Of a stretch of DNA of 32,000 bases, positions 1-9,763 are shown in pieces. The notes beneath the pieces are model-generated. The model searched no databases. It was not told the DNA's origin and saw only the letters and a list, made by a program, of their open reading frames with translations. The DNA is from an uncultured Acidobacteriaceae bacterium (GTDB taxonomy: Bacteria; Acidobacteriota; Terriglobia; Terriglobales; Acidobacteriaceae): contig CAWFLZ010000010.1 of assembly GCA_963816705.1 (NCBI GenBank), positions 301,764 to 333,763 on the forward strand, given 5' to 3'. Numbering within the stretch: the stretch's first letter is position 1; each line of letters begins with the position of its first letter. The position numbers and the translations under genes are program-made.

Positions 1-1734
1 CGGTATCCGAATAAAGGATGCTGGCACGGTAGGCGTAGTCGGGGCGGCCGTCGCCGCGATAATCGGCGATGCCGACCTTATACGCTTCACTCGCGCCGAA
101 TTGGGCGTCGAGACGGCTCACGGCGAACGTCTGCGAGTTGAATGCCGAGGGAGTTGACGCGGGCGCCGGATTGCCGGTTTCGTCGGTCGCCTCCCAGATG
201 CCGATAATGGGCAGAAGCTTCAACTCGGTGGGCGCTCCGGTTTCGTCAAGCGCTGTAATCGCGACCGATGCCGTCCGGTTTACCCGCGCGTTAAATTGGA
301 AAAAGTCGCTGGAACCGTAGCCAGAGGTCCAGGATGCCCAGCCGCCGCCTTGCGGGAGCGGCGCTGGATTCGTGTAGGTCGAGCCGCTGCCCGGATGAGT
401 CTGCGCAACTTCGCTGCCCTGCATGAGAACATCGCGCTCGATGTTCGAGCCGCTTTGAATCGTGATGACAACCGGCGCGAACGATCCTGAGGGCGCGACC
501 TGAGTCGGCCCATAAGGCTCCACTCCCCACGACCAGTTTGGGTCGAGGCCTTCGACGCTCAGCTGATATTGCGCAGTATTTTGGCCGGTGGGAATCGTCA
601 GTTGTCCAAGATCGTAAAAGCCCTCGACCGAAGTATCGCTCGAGCCGAAACGGTTGAACGGCAGGCCATTTGCATCGTCGTATCCGGTAATAACGTTGCC
701 CGCGTTGCCCACAAAGCCGAATCCCGAGACCGAAGTGACGACATACTGCCGCGAAGGATTGTTGTTATTGTCCAGCAGCCGGGCGATGACGTTGACGCCC
801 TGCATCTGCTGCGCGGCGATGCCGGAGGAATTTGTAAAGTAGACGTTCCCGTAGATTCTGCCGGTCGCTTGCGGATTGCTGCCACCGGGATAGAGGCGGG
901 CGAGCGCGGTGATGTCGTCCAATTTTGGGATCGAGGGATTGGGATAGCAGAGGCTGATCGGCACACAATTCACCGGGTCGAGGAAGTGCATGACCGGAAA
1001 GCCGGCGTAGTCGGCGGAGCCTGGCTCGGGATTGTGGGTGAGGACGTTGTCGTTGGCCTGCGACCAGCCCAGGCCAAAGATGCGGCCGAGCACGCGCACC
1101 AGCCGATACTGCACATCAGGCAACTGAGAGTTGGATGAGGCACAGACGCCATTGATGACCGCCACCGCATGCACAATGTTGCCGCTCGCCGAGAAGTTGT
1201 CGGGACCGCCGTAGACGGCGTTGGTGAAGCAATCGCCGGCAGCTCCGGCGCCTGCGCCGAGCAGCGCATCGGTAACGGTGCCGTCGAAGTCATAGACGAT
1301 GCCGAGCGGCGTGCCGGTGGCGACGAAGTGATATCGGCGGGCGCGGTGATGACGCCGAATTGTCCTTGTATGTCGCCCCCATTCACATCTTCGGCGAGGT
1401 GGCCGCCTTGCGTTACGGTCAGGCTAACGCCGGCGGCGGTCGTCCAGGCAGAGATGGCGGCGGCGACGAAGCTGTCGGCTTGCGCATTCGTGAGTATCGG
1501 GCTCAGGTCGCCCTGATCGGTGAAGTATTGGACGGTGGCGCTCGTCCAGAGCATCGATTGCCCTTCGACTCCACGGTTGTAGCCGGCTCCGGCGACCCAC
1601 GCCGGTCCTCCGGCGTGGAGGTTGGCTGCAACGAGAAACACGAGCGCAGGGACGATGACGAGAAGGAGCGGTGGTCGCAGGAATGGCTTCGTCTTCATCG
1701 TCGCGTTCATCGCGGCATTCATCGTGGCATTCAT
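1..1734 (-). pseudogene. Secreted acidobacterial-type large protein (function unknown, possibly protease-like or carboxypeptidase-regulatory-like), frameshifted and incomplete at the window edge
   Basis: Minus-strand ORF starts with a signal peptide (MKTKPFLRPPLLLVIVPALVFLVAANLHAGGPAWVAG...) and stays protein-like to about 1335. The sense then moves to another frame (YHFVATGTPLGIVYDFDGTVTDALLGAGAGAAGDCFTNAVYGGPDNFSASGNIVHAV...IADYRGDGRPDYAYRASILYSDT), which I translated by hand with no stop down to base 1. AGGAG lies about 7 nt upstream of the ATG at 1734. Confidence 0.75.
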
Positions 1735-1736
1735 CG

Positions 1737-2360
1737 TCACTCTCCTCGCGCGGCGCGGATGGCACGCTCGAGTTGCGAGACGGAGGTGCGCTTATGGACG
1801 GCTGACGCGTTCGCGACCGCCGGCGAATCCTGATCATGCCCTCCTTGTGACTTTGATCGCGCCGGCGACGCCGGGTCGGCGATGCTTTGGTCGGCGACGC
1901 TCTGGCCGGTGGAATCCAGACGAAGCTGACCTTGCGCTCCGCCGACAGGGCTGGTTAGCCCGAGGCGGCTGGGCGGATATAAGAAGAGCAGAACGCGCTC
2001 GCCGGATCGCAGCGCAGGCTGGCGAGACAATGCGCCGGTCCACTCGCGGATGGTCAGAATCTGTCCGCGTTGGACGCCGGCGACTGGGCGGTCAATTCGA
2101 AAGCGCACCTCGATGAAGTCCCCGCCCCAGCGAAGATTGGACGGGGTATCCGATGAAGTTGTGTTCTGGGCGAGACGTGGGCCGGTGCTAAGCACGGTGC
2201 CGGCGAAGATCATTCCGGCGCGCCGGGCAAGGCGCCTCCATTGCGGCCCGAGAAGGCGCTCGGCGGCGGCCTGGTCGGAGGGCGCGGAAGCCAAGGCTGA
2301 CAGCGGGCAAAGAATTAGACAGGCGAGGGCGATCGGGGACAGGCGTCTCCACACACGCAT
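1737..2360 (-). CDS. Hypothetical secreted protein
   Basis: 207-aa ORF with N-terminal signal peptide (RRLSPIALACLILCPLSALASA). Its stop overlaps a GTG of the downstream gene (GTGA), suggesting translational coupling. Confidence 0.75.
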   Translation of the reverse strand: MRVWRRLSPIALACLILCPLSALASAPSDQAAAERLLGPQWRRLARRAGMIFAGTVLSTGPRLAQNTTSSDTPSNLRWGGDFIEVRFRIDRPVAGVQRGQILTIREWTGALSRQPALRSGERVLLFLYPPSRLGLTSPVGGAQGQLRLDSTGQSVADQSIADPASPARSKSQGGHDQDSPAVANASAVHKRTSVSQLERAIRAARGE

Positions 2361-2544
2361 AGCGGCGCTCTTTCATGGAGAGGACGGACCGTGAGCGGCC
2401 CTGGGAGTGAAACCAATCTAGCGCGCGGCGGAGCGGGAAGATATGCGCTGCGTCACTGTGGAATTGTGATGAATCGGGAGGTTAGAGGTCGGAGGTCAGA
2501 GGTCAAATTGCAGAAGTAGAGTCACACCCCACGCTACTCGGCCT

Positions 2545-2805
2545 CTACCTGAAAACACTCTGGTTAGCGCGGCGTTTGGCGAGATCCTTGTTGGCTTTCT
2601 TGTTCGCTTTTCTCTGCGCCTTCTCGAATTTCTTCTGCGCCTTGCTTTGTTTCTTGTTGGCCTTCTTCAGCATTTTCTGCTGCTTCTCAGCGTCCTTTTT
2701 GGATTTCTTCGCGTATTGTTCAGGCGTCATGCGCTGGGCAAATGCAGGCGCGGAGCATCCGACGCTCAAGGCGGCCAGCAGCAGAAAGGCGGCGATTCGT
2801 TTCAT
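2545..2805 (-). CDS. Small secreted Lys-rich protein
   Basis: MKRIAAFLLLAALSVGCSAPAFAQ signal peptide followed by a highly basic, repetitive KKANKKQSKAQKKFEKAQRKANKK region. The ORF track start is 2832; the internal Met at 2805 fits the signal peptide better. Confidence 0.6.
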   Translation of the reverse strand: MKRIAAFLLLAALSVGCSAPAFAQRMTPEQYAKKSKKDAEKQQKMLKKANKKQSKAQKKFEKAQRKANKKANKDLAKRRANQSVFR

Positions 2806-2907
2806 AACGTCTCCGACTGGGTGTCTTGACATGATCTTACAGCACGGAGCTGCCAGGAGTAACTTACTTTGGTGTTTCCGGGTTTTCGGGAGAAGGGCAG
2901 GGAATGC

Positions 2908-3240
2908 CTACCGCATCCCGCCGACGAAGATGCCACAAATGGTATTCAGCAGGAAAGCGAGCGAGATCCCAATCATGAAGCCCCGCGCCAGCATTGAACC
3001 GGCAATGTTTTGATAGGTCACGTAGCCGATGCCGCCCAGGATTCCGAGGTTGAGAATCTCGGCCACCCAAAACCGAGCCGCGCCTCTTCCTCCCTCGAGC
3101 CCCATTACGAACACGAACACCGCGACCGGAATGAGGATGCCTACCACCACTCCCAGAAACAATCCTCCGAGCAATTTGAGGATGCTGGTGCCTGCGCCGG
3201 TTGACTCGGGCAGCTGTTCAAACATGCGTGCGCTCCTCAA
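2908..3240 (-). CDS. Small membrane protein, hypothetical
   Basis: 110 aa with strongly hydrophobic segments (LLGGLFLGVVVGILIPVAVFVFVMG; ARGFMIGISLAFLLNTICGIFVGG). Its start overlaps the 3' end of the upstream radical SAM gene. Confidence 0.65.
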   Translation of the reverse strand: MRSARMFEQLPESTGAGTSILKLLGGLFLGVVVGILIPVAVFVFVMGLEGGRGAARFWVAEILNLGILGGIGYVTYQNIAGSMLARGFMIGISLAFLLNTICGIFVGGMR

Positions 3241-4639
3241 TGGTATTCCGTAAAGGAACGAGCCGCTCCGCCTCCAGTTGATCGCGGTAAAAGAGGTTGT
3301 AGGTGTCGAACGGAATCAGACGCCCATCCGGAGGCACAATGTGGATGCAGCTCTTTTTCACCGAGCGAACGTCGAAGGAATAGGCATCCATGAATTGCAC
3401 AATCAAAATACGAAATATGTTCTGATATCCGATGGATTCCGGTGCGGCCAGCTGCGGCAGGCAGCACAGTAGGTCGCGCAGGCTGGTAGCGCCGCTTGCC
3501 GGAGAATGGTTGGTGGCGAAGAGCCGGAAGACGCCCTCGCGCACGGCGTCATCTTCCTCATAGACGATAGTGTTGCGGCCGCCTTCGATTAGAACTTTCG
3601 GATCGATCAGCCCGGTGAGCGGCGTGACCTTGCCGCCCATCTTAAGTGCATAAGCCATCGCCAGACAGTCGGGATGGCACGGTACCGGGATCAAATCCTC
3701 TGGTCGAAACACGGCAGACTGTTCGAGAATCTTACGCCGCACTTCCGTGAGCGTGAGGCGGTCGCGCGCGGGATCAAAATGGTCGACGCGTCCGGCGACC
3801 TGGACAGGTTGAAAGGTAACACCGCGCACGCAAGGCTGTTGCAGCGCGAAGTCGATAATGCGGCCGAGTTCCGTGTCATTGCAGCCCCGTTTCACGGTGA
3901 CGACCAGCGTCGTCGAAAGGTTGAGCGCATTCAGCCGTTCGATGGCTTCTGCGCGCGTGCGCCGGAGATCGGCGCCACGCAACTCCATCAGCGGTTCACG
4001 CTCGAAGGAATCGAATTGTAGATAGACCTCGATATCCGGCGCCGATTCGGCCAGTCGCCCGGCAAACGTCTCGTCCTGCGCGATCCGAATGCCATTGGTG
4101 TTCAACATCAGATGACGGATCGGCTGTGCCGTCGCGTAGGCCAGAATCTCGAAGAAATCTGGATGAAGCGTAGGTTCGCCGCCCGAAATCTGCAACACAT
4201 CCGGTTGGCCCTCGTTCCGCCCAACCGCGTCAATCATTTTTTTGACAAGCGGCAAAGGCCGATGTCCGCGCACAGGCGAACTTTCCGCATAACAAATGGG
4301 GCAGGTCAAATTGCAGTGGTCGTTGATTTCGACCAGCGATAGGCAGGAATGCTGTTCGTGATCGGTGCAGAGGCCGCAATCATAGGGACATCCCCACTTG
4401 ACCGGCGTGTTGTAATGCACCGGCATCTCCGGAGGCTTGAGGAAAATTTCGCGGCAGCGGCGGTAGTATTCTATATCGTCGGCGATCAGGATCTCTTCCG
4501 CGCCATGAAGCGGGCATTTCTTAAGCGGGTAGACATTCCCCTCCCGAAAGACAATTTTGCCTTCGACCTTGGCAAAGCAGCGGGAGCAGATCGACAAGAC
4601 AATGTCATAGTAAAGATAAGGTCGAACCCGTGCAGCCAT
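3218..4639 (-). CDS. Radical SAM protein of the tetraether/membrane-spanning lipid synthase-like (Tes/GDGT-MAS) family
   Basis: N-terminal CSRC...CPLHG pair, then CPYDCGLCTDHEQHSCLSLVEINDHCNLTCPICYAESSP with the radical SAM CxxxCxxC motif (CNLTCPIC) preceded by an extra Cys cluster (CPYDCGLC), and a C-terminal KKSCIHIVPPDGRLIPFDTYNLFYRD. Start set at 4639 because AAGGAGG lies 5 nt upstream. Confidence 0.8.
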   Translation of the reverse strand: MAARVRPYLYYDIVLSICSRCFAKVEGKIVFREGNVYPLKKCPLHGAEEILIADDIEYYRRCREIFLKPPEMPVHYNTPVKWGCPYDCGLCTDHEQHSCLSLVEINDHCNLTCPICYAESSPVRGHRPLPLVKKMIDAVGRNEGQPDVLQISGGEPTLHPDFFEILAYATAQPIRHLMLNTNGIRIAQDETFAGRLAESAPDIEVYLQFDSFEREPLMELRGADLRRTRAEAIERLNALNLSTTLVVTVKRGCNDTELGRIIDFALQQPCVRGVTFQPVQVAGRVDHFDPARDRLTLTEVRRKILEQSAVFRPEDLIPVPCHPDCLAMAYALKMGGKVTPLTGLIDPKVLIEGGRNTIVYEEDDAVREGVFRLFATNHSPASGATSLRDLLCCLPQLAAPESIGYQNIFRILIVQFMDAYSFDVRSVKKSCIHIVPPDGRLIPFDTYNLFYRDQLEAERLVPLRNTIEERTHV

Positions 4640-4687
4640 GATCGCCTCCTTCCTGCGCATCCCGCGGCGGAAGTATGACACACACGC

Positions 4688-5459
4688 TTAGTCCGCTTTC
4701 ATCAATAGCGCGGGCGTGTCTGACGCTTTTCGCAAAACGATTCTCATCAGGTCACGCCAGCAGTATGCCACGACTCCGAGCGATGCCCATTGAAGCGCTG
4801 ACATTCCCAGGACTTTGGGTTCCGGCTTCAGAAAATCCACGCCAATGCGCCACAGCGAATAGGCAATCATGAATACTCTAAATACGTCGCCTGTCTGCCA
4901 TGTGGATCTGGCGACTGCTTTCAGCCCGTGGAAGAGCAAAGGACAAAGCAACAGGAGAAACGCGATTTCATAGAGCTGCGTTGGATGACGGCGAATGCCA
5001 TCGCCGAAATCGACCCCCCACGGAAGCGTGGTCGCATTGCCAATAGGTTTGATCGGACAGGCCTGTAAGAAAACATCCGATCCGGCCAATGGCAATGCCG
5101 AGCGCGAGGGGGATGGCAAGTAGATCCCCCGTGCGAACGCGGATGCCAATCTTGGCTTTGACTGCTTCGACCACGATCCATCCACCGATCAACGCTCCGA
5201 CTATCGTTTTTCCTCCAGTGAGCCCGGAATGCCAGGCCAAAAGAGGATCTTCGAGCCAGGCCAAAATGCGGCTGCCGAAGACGGCTCCGAAAGCGGCGGC
5301 GGCGATTACCTGCCAACGCTCGACTGGATCAATTACATCTTTGAATTTTCGTTTGAGCGCCACATAAATCTGAAACGCGATGGCATAAGCGAGTATCTCC
5401 ATCACATAGTGAGGATGGAGAGAAAGCTTCCAGATCCGGAGATACACAGGAAAGTGCAA
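4688..5459 (-). pseudogene. Prolipoprotein diacylglyceryl transferase (Lgt)-like membrane protein, one net +1 frameshift
   Basis: ORFs 4968..5459 and 4688..5185 join as ...GIAIGRIGCFLTGLSDQTY/GNATTLPWGVDFGDGIRRHPTQLYEIAFLLLL.... The GRIG and HPTQLYE signatures are Lgt-like. The two frames are related by one extra base near 5044, and the total length is 3n+1. Confidence 0.75.
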
Positions 5460-5571
5460 GTCTGAAGTTTAGTGAATCGTCTGGGTTTAGACTATGTGGT
5501 TTACTAATGATCTTACATCTCAACGCGAGCCGCGTGCAGCAGTTGGCCATCACCGCTGAGATCCCGGCCGC

Positions 5572-5598
5572 ATATTACGGCGGCGAACACCGTAATAT
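5572..5598. terminator. Hairpin 3' of the propeller/phosphoesterase gene
   Basis: Perfect 9-bp stem ATATTACGG / CCGTAATAT with a 9-nt loop, located just downstream of the minus-strand stop at 5643. No clear U-tract. Confidence 0.35.
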
Positions 5599-5642
5599 CC
5601 GCTCCCCGATGATGGCCGAGAACAGGAAAGTCGGAGACCGTT

Positions 5643-8498
5643 TTAGTCGTCGTCGCCATCGGGCGCGGGATTGTTGAATTCGCTTGGTGGGCGAACCGTC
5701 TCCTCCCCTGGATAGGGCCGTGTGAACCCGGTCGATTGGTACCAGTTGAAGTGGTTGACGGTGTCCGGATCTTCGGAATCAGGCTTGCTCAGTTTGCCGG
5801 CGAAGATCTCCGCCTTCTTCTGGAGCCAAGCCGCCCTCAGAGCCTTGACCGCGGGGCTGTCGTTCGCGTGGTCATCGTTTCCTCCAACGCCCTGATCCAG
5901 CGGGACCTGGTTCGGCACGTGCGTCCAGGGCTGGAAATTGTCCGGAGGCGGCGTTCCCTTAACGAAGGCGGTCCTCATCGGCGACGCAACCAGGTCGAAC
6001 TGGTTCATGGGTGGCAGACCGAGGATTTGCTCGATCGTCCGAGTCATGTTGACCTGCGTGTAGTAAGTGTGGTCGGTCGGCCCACCTTGCACAGCATACG
6101 GGCTGACGATGTAGCCGGGGCTGCGATGACCGTCGATGTGGTCGACGCCGTCCTGCGCGTCGTCTTCCTCGATGAAGATCGCCGACGAGGACCATACGTT
6201 GCTGTGGGTGATGTAGTCGATCATGCGCCCAACGGCCAGGTCGTTATCCGCCTGTTCGGCGTCCACGCTCGGCGGACCGCCGGTGTGGTCATCCATGATC
6301 CACAGGATGCTCAAGGCGGGCACCGTGCCGGCTGCGACGTCATTGTTGAAGTCCTGCACCCACAGATCAACCCGGAACTGGTCGGGGATGCGCAGATCGA
6401 AGATCGGGAAGTTTGTCACGAGATGTTGAGACACGGCTGGGACCGAGGAGTGGGCCGTGATCGTGTTCTGATAGTAGAGCGTCTTCTCCTGGCCAGCTTC
6501 GAAGTTCTGCGAGTCCGTGTAGAAGTCGGTCCAACTCGGCTCGCCGGTCGATCCGCCCGGTTGTAGAAACGTATCGTACTCGACGTATTCGCCGTAGATC
6601 TTCGTCGACAGACCGGCGGCCTCGGCTTCCGAGAACAGGAAGCCCTTGGTTTGATAGACAAGGGCGTCCCCGGCGTTTCCGCCCGGATAGCTGCGGACCC
6701 AGTCTGGCGACTGGATGTCGTCGGCGTAGGGTGCCATGCCCTCCGTGATCCACTGATGACCATCGGCCGATTGGCGGCTCGCGTTGTAGAAGTTATCGAG
6801 CAGCGGGAAGCGCTGGATGAGCGCGTGTGCATTCGGCGTGTCCTTGCCACCAAATACTGCCAACGAGGCGTCTCCATTGCCGGCGGCCACATCGCCCAGG
6901 ATCTGATCATAGGTGCGGTTTTCACGGATGATCAGGAACACGTGCTTGATCAACGACGGATCGCCAATCTTTTTCGGAATTGCGACTGGTTTAATCTTCG
7001 GCGTCCCGCCGCTTGCAGACTGGATATTTTTGACCAGATCCCAGTGGTTGTTCCGGAAAACCCGCGCCGTCATCTGCTGCAAGGTCGCATTGCTGGGCAC
7101 AGGGATGATGCTGACGGTGCCATTGTCCTGGTGTGTGTTGTAGTCGCAGACGCCGTAAAAGCACCCGTACGAATTCAGCGTTCCAGTGCCCTTGTCGTTC
7201 GCAACGAAGAGCGTGTCACTGGCGGCGTCCAGCACGATTGAGCTGGGCGCGTAGGCTACCGGGATCATACCGATGACAGGATTCGGCACGCCGGGGACGA
7301 GGCTCACCACCGCGATCGCGTTCGCGTTGTAAAGCGCGACATAGGCAACATTATTCGCGGTATCGACGGCGATGGAATTCGGCGCGGCTCCGTAAGCCGA
7401 TTCACCGGAGCCGGGTACTCCGATGGGCAGCCCAAGGTTGATCGTCTGCGTGACCTGGTTGGTGGTCGTGTCAATCACCGAGATGGTATCGCTGTACGTA
7501 TTTGCGACCAGAAGATACTTTCCGTAGAACGCCATCCCGGTCGGGTGCAGACCGGTCGCGATAGTTGCCGTAACCGTCATCGATGGCAGATCAACCACGG
7601 AAACGGTACCGGTGATGGCGGCTCCGACCACTGAATCGGCGACGATTTCAGTCCCGGCCGAGTAGATCTGGAAGTCCGACTCCGTAGCCGCCCGGCCACC
7701 CTCGTTGCTGATGTAGGCGGTTGTGCCATTGCTCGCGATCACGATACTGTGCGGCGCGTTGCCGACGCGGATCTCCGGACCCTGGACGGGTGGCTGCGCT
7801 GTCAGATCGATTTGAGCGACGGTGTCGTTCTGATTCAGCAAGGCGTAGGCGCTCTTGCCATCCGGTGTGATCGCAACGCCGCCGGGATAAGAAGTGCTCG
7901 GAGTATAGAACGTGCCGCAGGGTATGTCGTAAGAACCCCCGGGGCTATTTGGAAAGCAGGCGATGAAAGAATTGTCCGGCGGCACGCTGACCTGGACGTC
8001 GTCGCTCAGCAAGCCCTTCGAATTGACATTCGCGATGGTGACATTGCTGCTGTCCTGGCTGAACACCAGGTACTTGCCATCGGGCGAATAGGTGATTCCG
8101 CTGTAACTGCCGGTCGGATCGTTCCCGAACGGCCGGTAGTTCTGCAAGAGTTTGCCGGTATTAACGTCGAAAATCTCGACGGCCCTCCACGCGCCCATAG
8201 TGAGAACGGCGGCCGTGTGACTCTTGAGGCTGGGGTTCAGCGCGATGGCCTTCGCGCGGACCCGCTTGCCGAGGTTCACTTGTGTGCCGGCTGGGGTGAT
8301 GATCTGGCCATCGCCGACCACCCATTCGCCCTTCCCCTGCGGCCCGGTTTGGTAGGTCGGGTAGTACTTCGACTGAGCAGCGGCGAACCCTGCACAGGTC
8401 ATCCCGGTGGCCAACCCTGTCGCCACCAGGCCGGCGAGCGGATACAGACGCTTCATCCGAGCCTTGTTTCGATTGATTCGGGACGATTTTCGAGACAT
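5643..8498 (-). CDS. Bifunctional YncE-like beta-propeller / alkaline phosphatase-superfamily phosphoesterase
   Basis: 951 aa. Signal region, repeated propeller strands (SIVIASNGTTAYISNEGG, HPTGMAFYGKYLLVANTYSDTISVIDTTTNQV), then VFLIIRENRTYDQILGDVAAGNGD..., typical of the C-terminal phosphoesterase domain. Confidence 0.9.
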   Translation of the reverse strand: MSRKSSRINRNKARMKRLYPLAGLVATGLATGMTCAGFAAAQSKYYPTYQTGPQGKGEWVVGDGQIITPAGTQVNLGKRVRAKAIALNPSLKSHTAAVLTMGAWRAVEIFDVNTGKLLQNYRPFGNDPTGSYSGITYSPDGKYLVFSQDSSNVTIANVNSKGLLSDDVQVSVPPDNSFIACFPNSPGGSYDIPCGTFYTPSTSYPGGVAITPDGKSAYALLNQNDTVAQIDLTAQPPVQGPEIRVGNAPHSIVIASNGTTAYISNEGGRAATESDFQIYSAGTEIVADSVVGAAITGTVSVVDLPSMTVTATIATGLHPTGMAFYGKYLLVANTYSDTISVIDTTTNQVTQTINLGLPIGVPGSGESAYGAAPNSIAVDTANNVAYVALYNANAIAVVSLVPGVPNPVIGMIPVAYAPSSIVLDAASDTLFVANDKGTGTLNSYGCFYGVCDYNTHQDNGTVSIIPVPSNATLQQMTARVFRNNHWDLVKNIQSASGGTPKIKPVAIPKKIGDPSLIKHVFLIIRENRTYDQILGDVAAGNGDASLAVFGGKDTPNAHALIQRFPLLDNFYNASRQSADGHQWITEGMAPYADDIQSPDWVRSYPGGNAGDALVYQTKGFLFSEAEAAGLSTKIYGEYVEYDTFLQPGGSTGEPSWTDFYTDSQNFEAGQEKTLYYQNTITAHSSVPAVSQHLVTNFPIFDLRIPDQFRVDLWVQDFNNDVAAGTVPALSILWIMDDHTGGPPSVDAEQADNDLAVGRMIDYITHSNVWSSSAIFIEEDDAQDGVDHIDGHRSPGYIVSPYAVQGGPTDHTYYTQVNMTRTIEQILGLPPMNQFDLVASPMRTAFVKGTPPPDNFQPWTHVPNQVPLDQGVGGNDDHANDSPAVKALRAAWLQKKAEIFAGKLSKPDSEDPDTVNHFNWYQSTGFTRPYPGEETVRPPSEFNNPAPDGDDD

Positions 8499-8820
8499 AT
8501 GGGGCGCTCCTCCTCAGATTGTTAATCCTGTAATCGGGCTCGGCCGCTGGGCGTGGAAAGCCAGTGGGGCGCAGATATGAGGAGCGATGCTAGTTGCCAA
8601 TCGTTATGGGCCTGTTACGGACTGATGAATATCAGGTGAAACTCGCGGTACACGGGATGAACTCTAGCGGGGGAATTATGTCGTCTAACAGACCTGGAAT
8701 TAGAGCGATATCATGTCTTGCGCACCAGAGCGGCGCGGGGGTTGTCGACGAAAGATGTTTCTTCTATAAATAGAGGCGTTCAGCTTTGCGATGTTGATGT
8801 CCATAGGCTTCACAGCAAGC

Positions 8821-9027
8821 CTATGCGGAAGTTCGCACCAACACTAACTCCGGGGTACAGCGCGAAGTTTGGATGGACTTGGCAGCGTCTTCGGCCGTGA
8901 ATCGCCCCATAATAAGCGCCAGCTTGCGGTTGGTCGTTGTCTGTATCGGAGTTCGATCGATCCGCTGGACATACTGAACGGCCAGAGTACCGCGATTCAC
9001 TTTCACAACAAACTTTGTGGTTTTCAT
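8821..9027 (-). CDS. Short hypothetical protein
   Basis: 68-aa ORF MKTTKFVVKVNRGTLAVQYVQRIDRTPIQTTTNRKLALIMGRFTAEDAAKSIQTSRCTPELVLVRTSA with a protein-like composition. Confidence 0.4.
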   Translation of the reverse strand: MKTTKFVVKVNRGTLAVQYVQRIDRTPIQTTTNRKLALIMGRFTAEDAAKSIQTSRCTPELVLVRTSA

Positions 9028-9134
9028 GGTTTCTTCTATCTTACGCCCTGGATCCTCATCGTGGTCGAAATACCTTGGTCCCTCCTTCCCGTAGAATCAG
9101 ACGTGACCGCACCCTAGCCCTGGGAGGCCCTGAG

Positions 9135-9627
9135 ATGAATATAATGCCCGCGCTCTTTAGCTCGCCGCTGTTGGTTACCTTTGCTTTCGCCCAGCGCCCT
9201 CGCCAAGGGCGACCATGCCCTGGTCGGCACGTGGCGACTGGTGGAGTTCGCCGATCTCGATAAGGATGGCAAGTGGCAGCACCGCTTCGGTGAACATCCG
9301 CTGGGATACTTCGTTTACGACGCCACCGGGCACGTGCACGTTCAGCTCATGAAGGTTCCGCCGCTGAAACCTTTTCCAGAAGCGAACGGCGCTCAGGGCA
9401 AACCGCCCTCATCCGAACACGCCCTCGCCGCCTACGCCGCCTATTTCGCCTACTTCGGCACCTACACCGTGGACGCAAAGAAGCACGTGGTGACTCATCA
9501 TGTCGAAGGCAGCCTCGCTCCGGATTTCACCGACACAGATCAGCCGCGTCCCTTCAAACTGGAAGGCGACCGGTTGGAGATCGGTGACGGCAAAACCTGG
9601 CGGCGTGTTCTGGAGCGGGTGCGCTGA
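9135..9627 (+). pseudogene. Lipocalin-like domain secreted protein, frameshifted in its signal peptide
   Basis: GGGAGG sits 7-8 nt before the ATG at 9135 (MNIMPALFSSPLLVTF...). The body is in another frame from TTG 9181 (LLSPSALAKGDHALVGTWRLVEFADLDKDGKWQHRFGEHPLGYFVYDATGHVHVQLM...), a lipocalin-like pattern. Total length is 3n+1. Confidence 0.65.
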
Positions 9628-9763
9628 TCTCGTCACTCCTGCGGAATAGCCGTCGATACGCGGCCTCTTGCCAACGCAGTCCAAGGGCCGCACTCTGGCC
9701 GGCGCAAGAACGAAAGGACGTACGCAAGCCGGGGCCAATCCGTGAACTCGTAACCCGACTTAG

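Noticed and set aside
569-1138. 189-aa plus-strand ORF.
   Set aside because: Antisense to a frame with strong protein sense (GFGFVGNAGNVITGYDDANGLPFNRFGSSDTSVEGFYDLGQL...).
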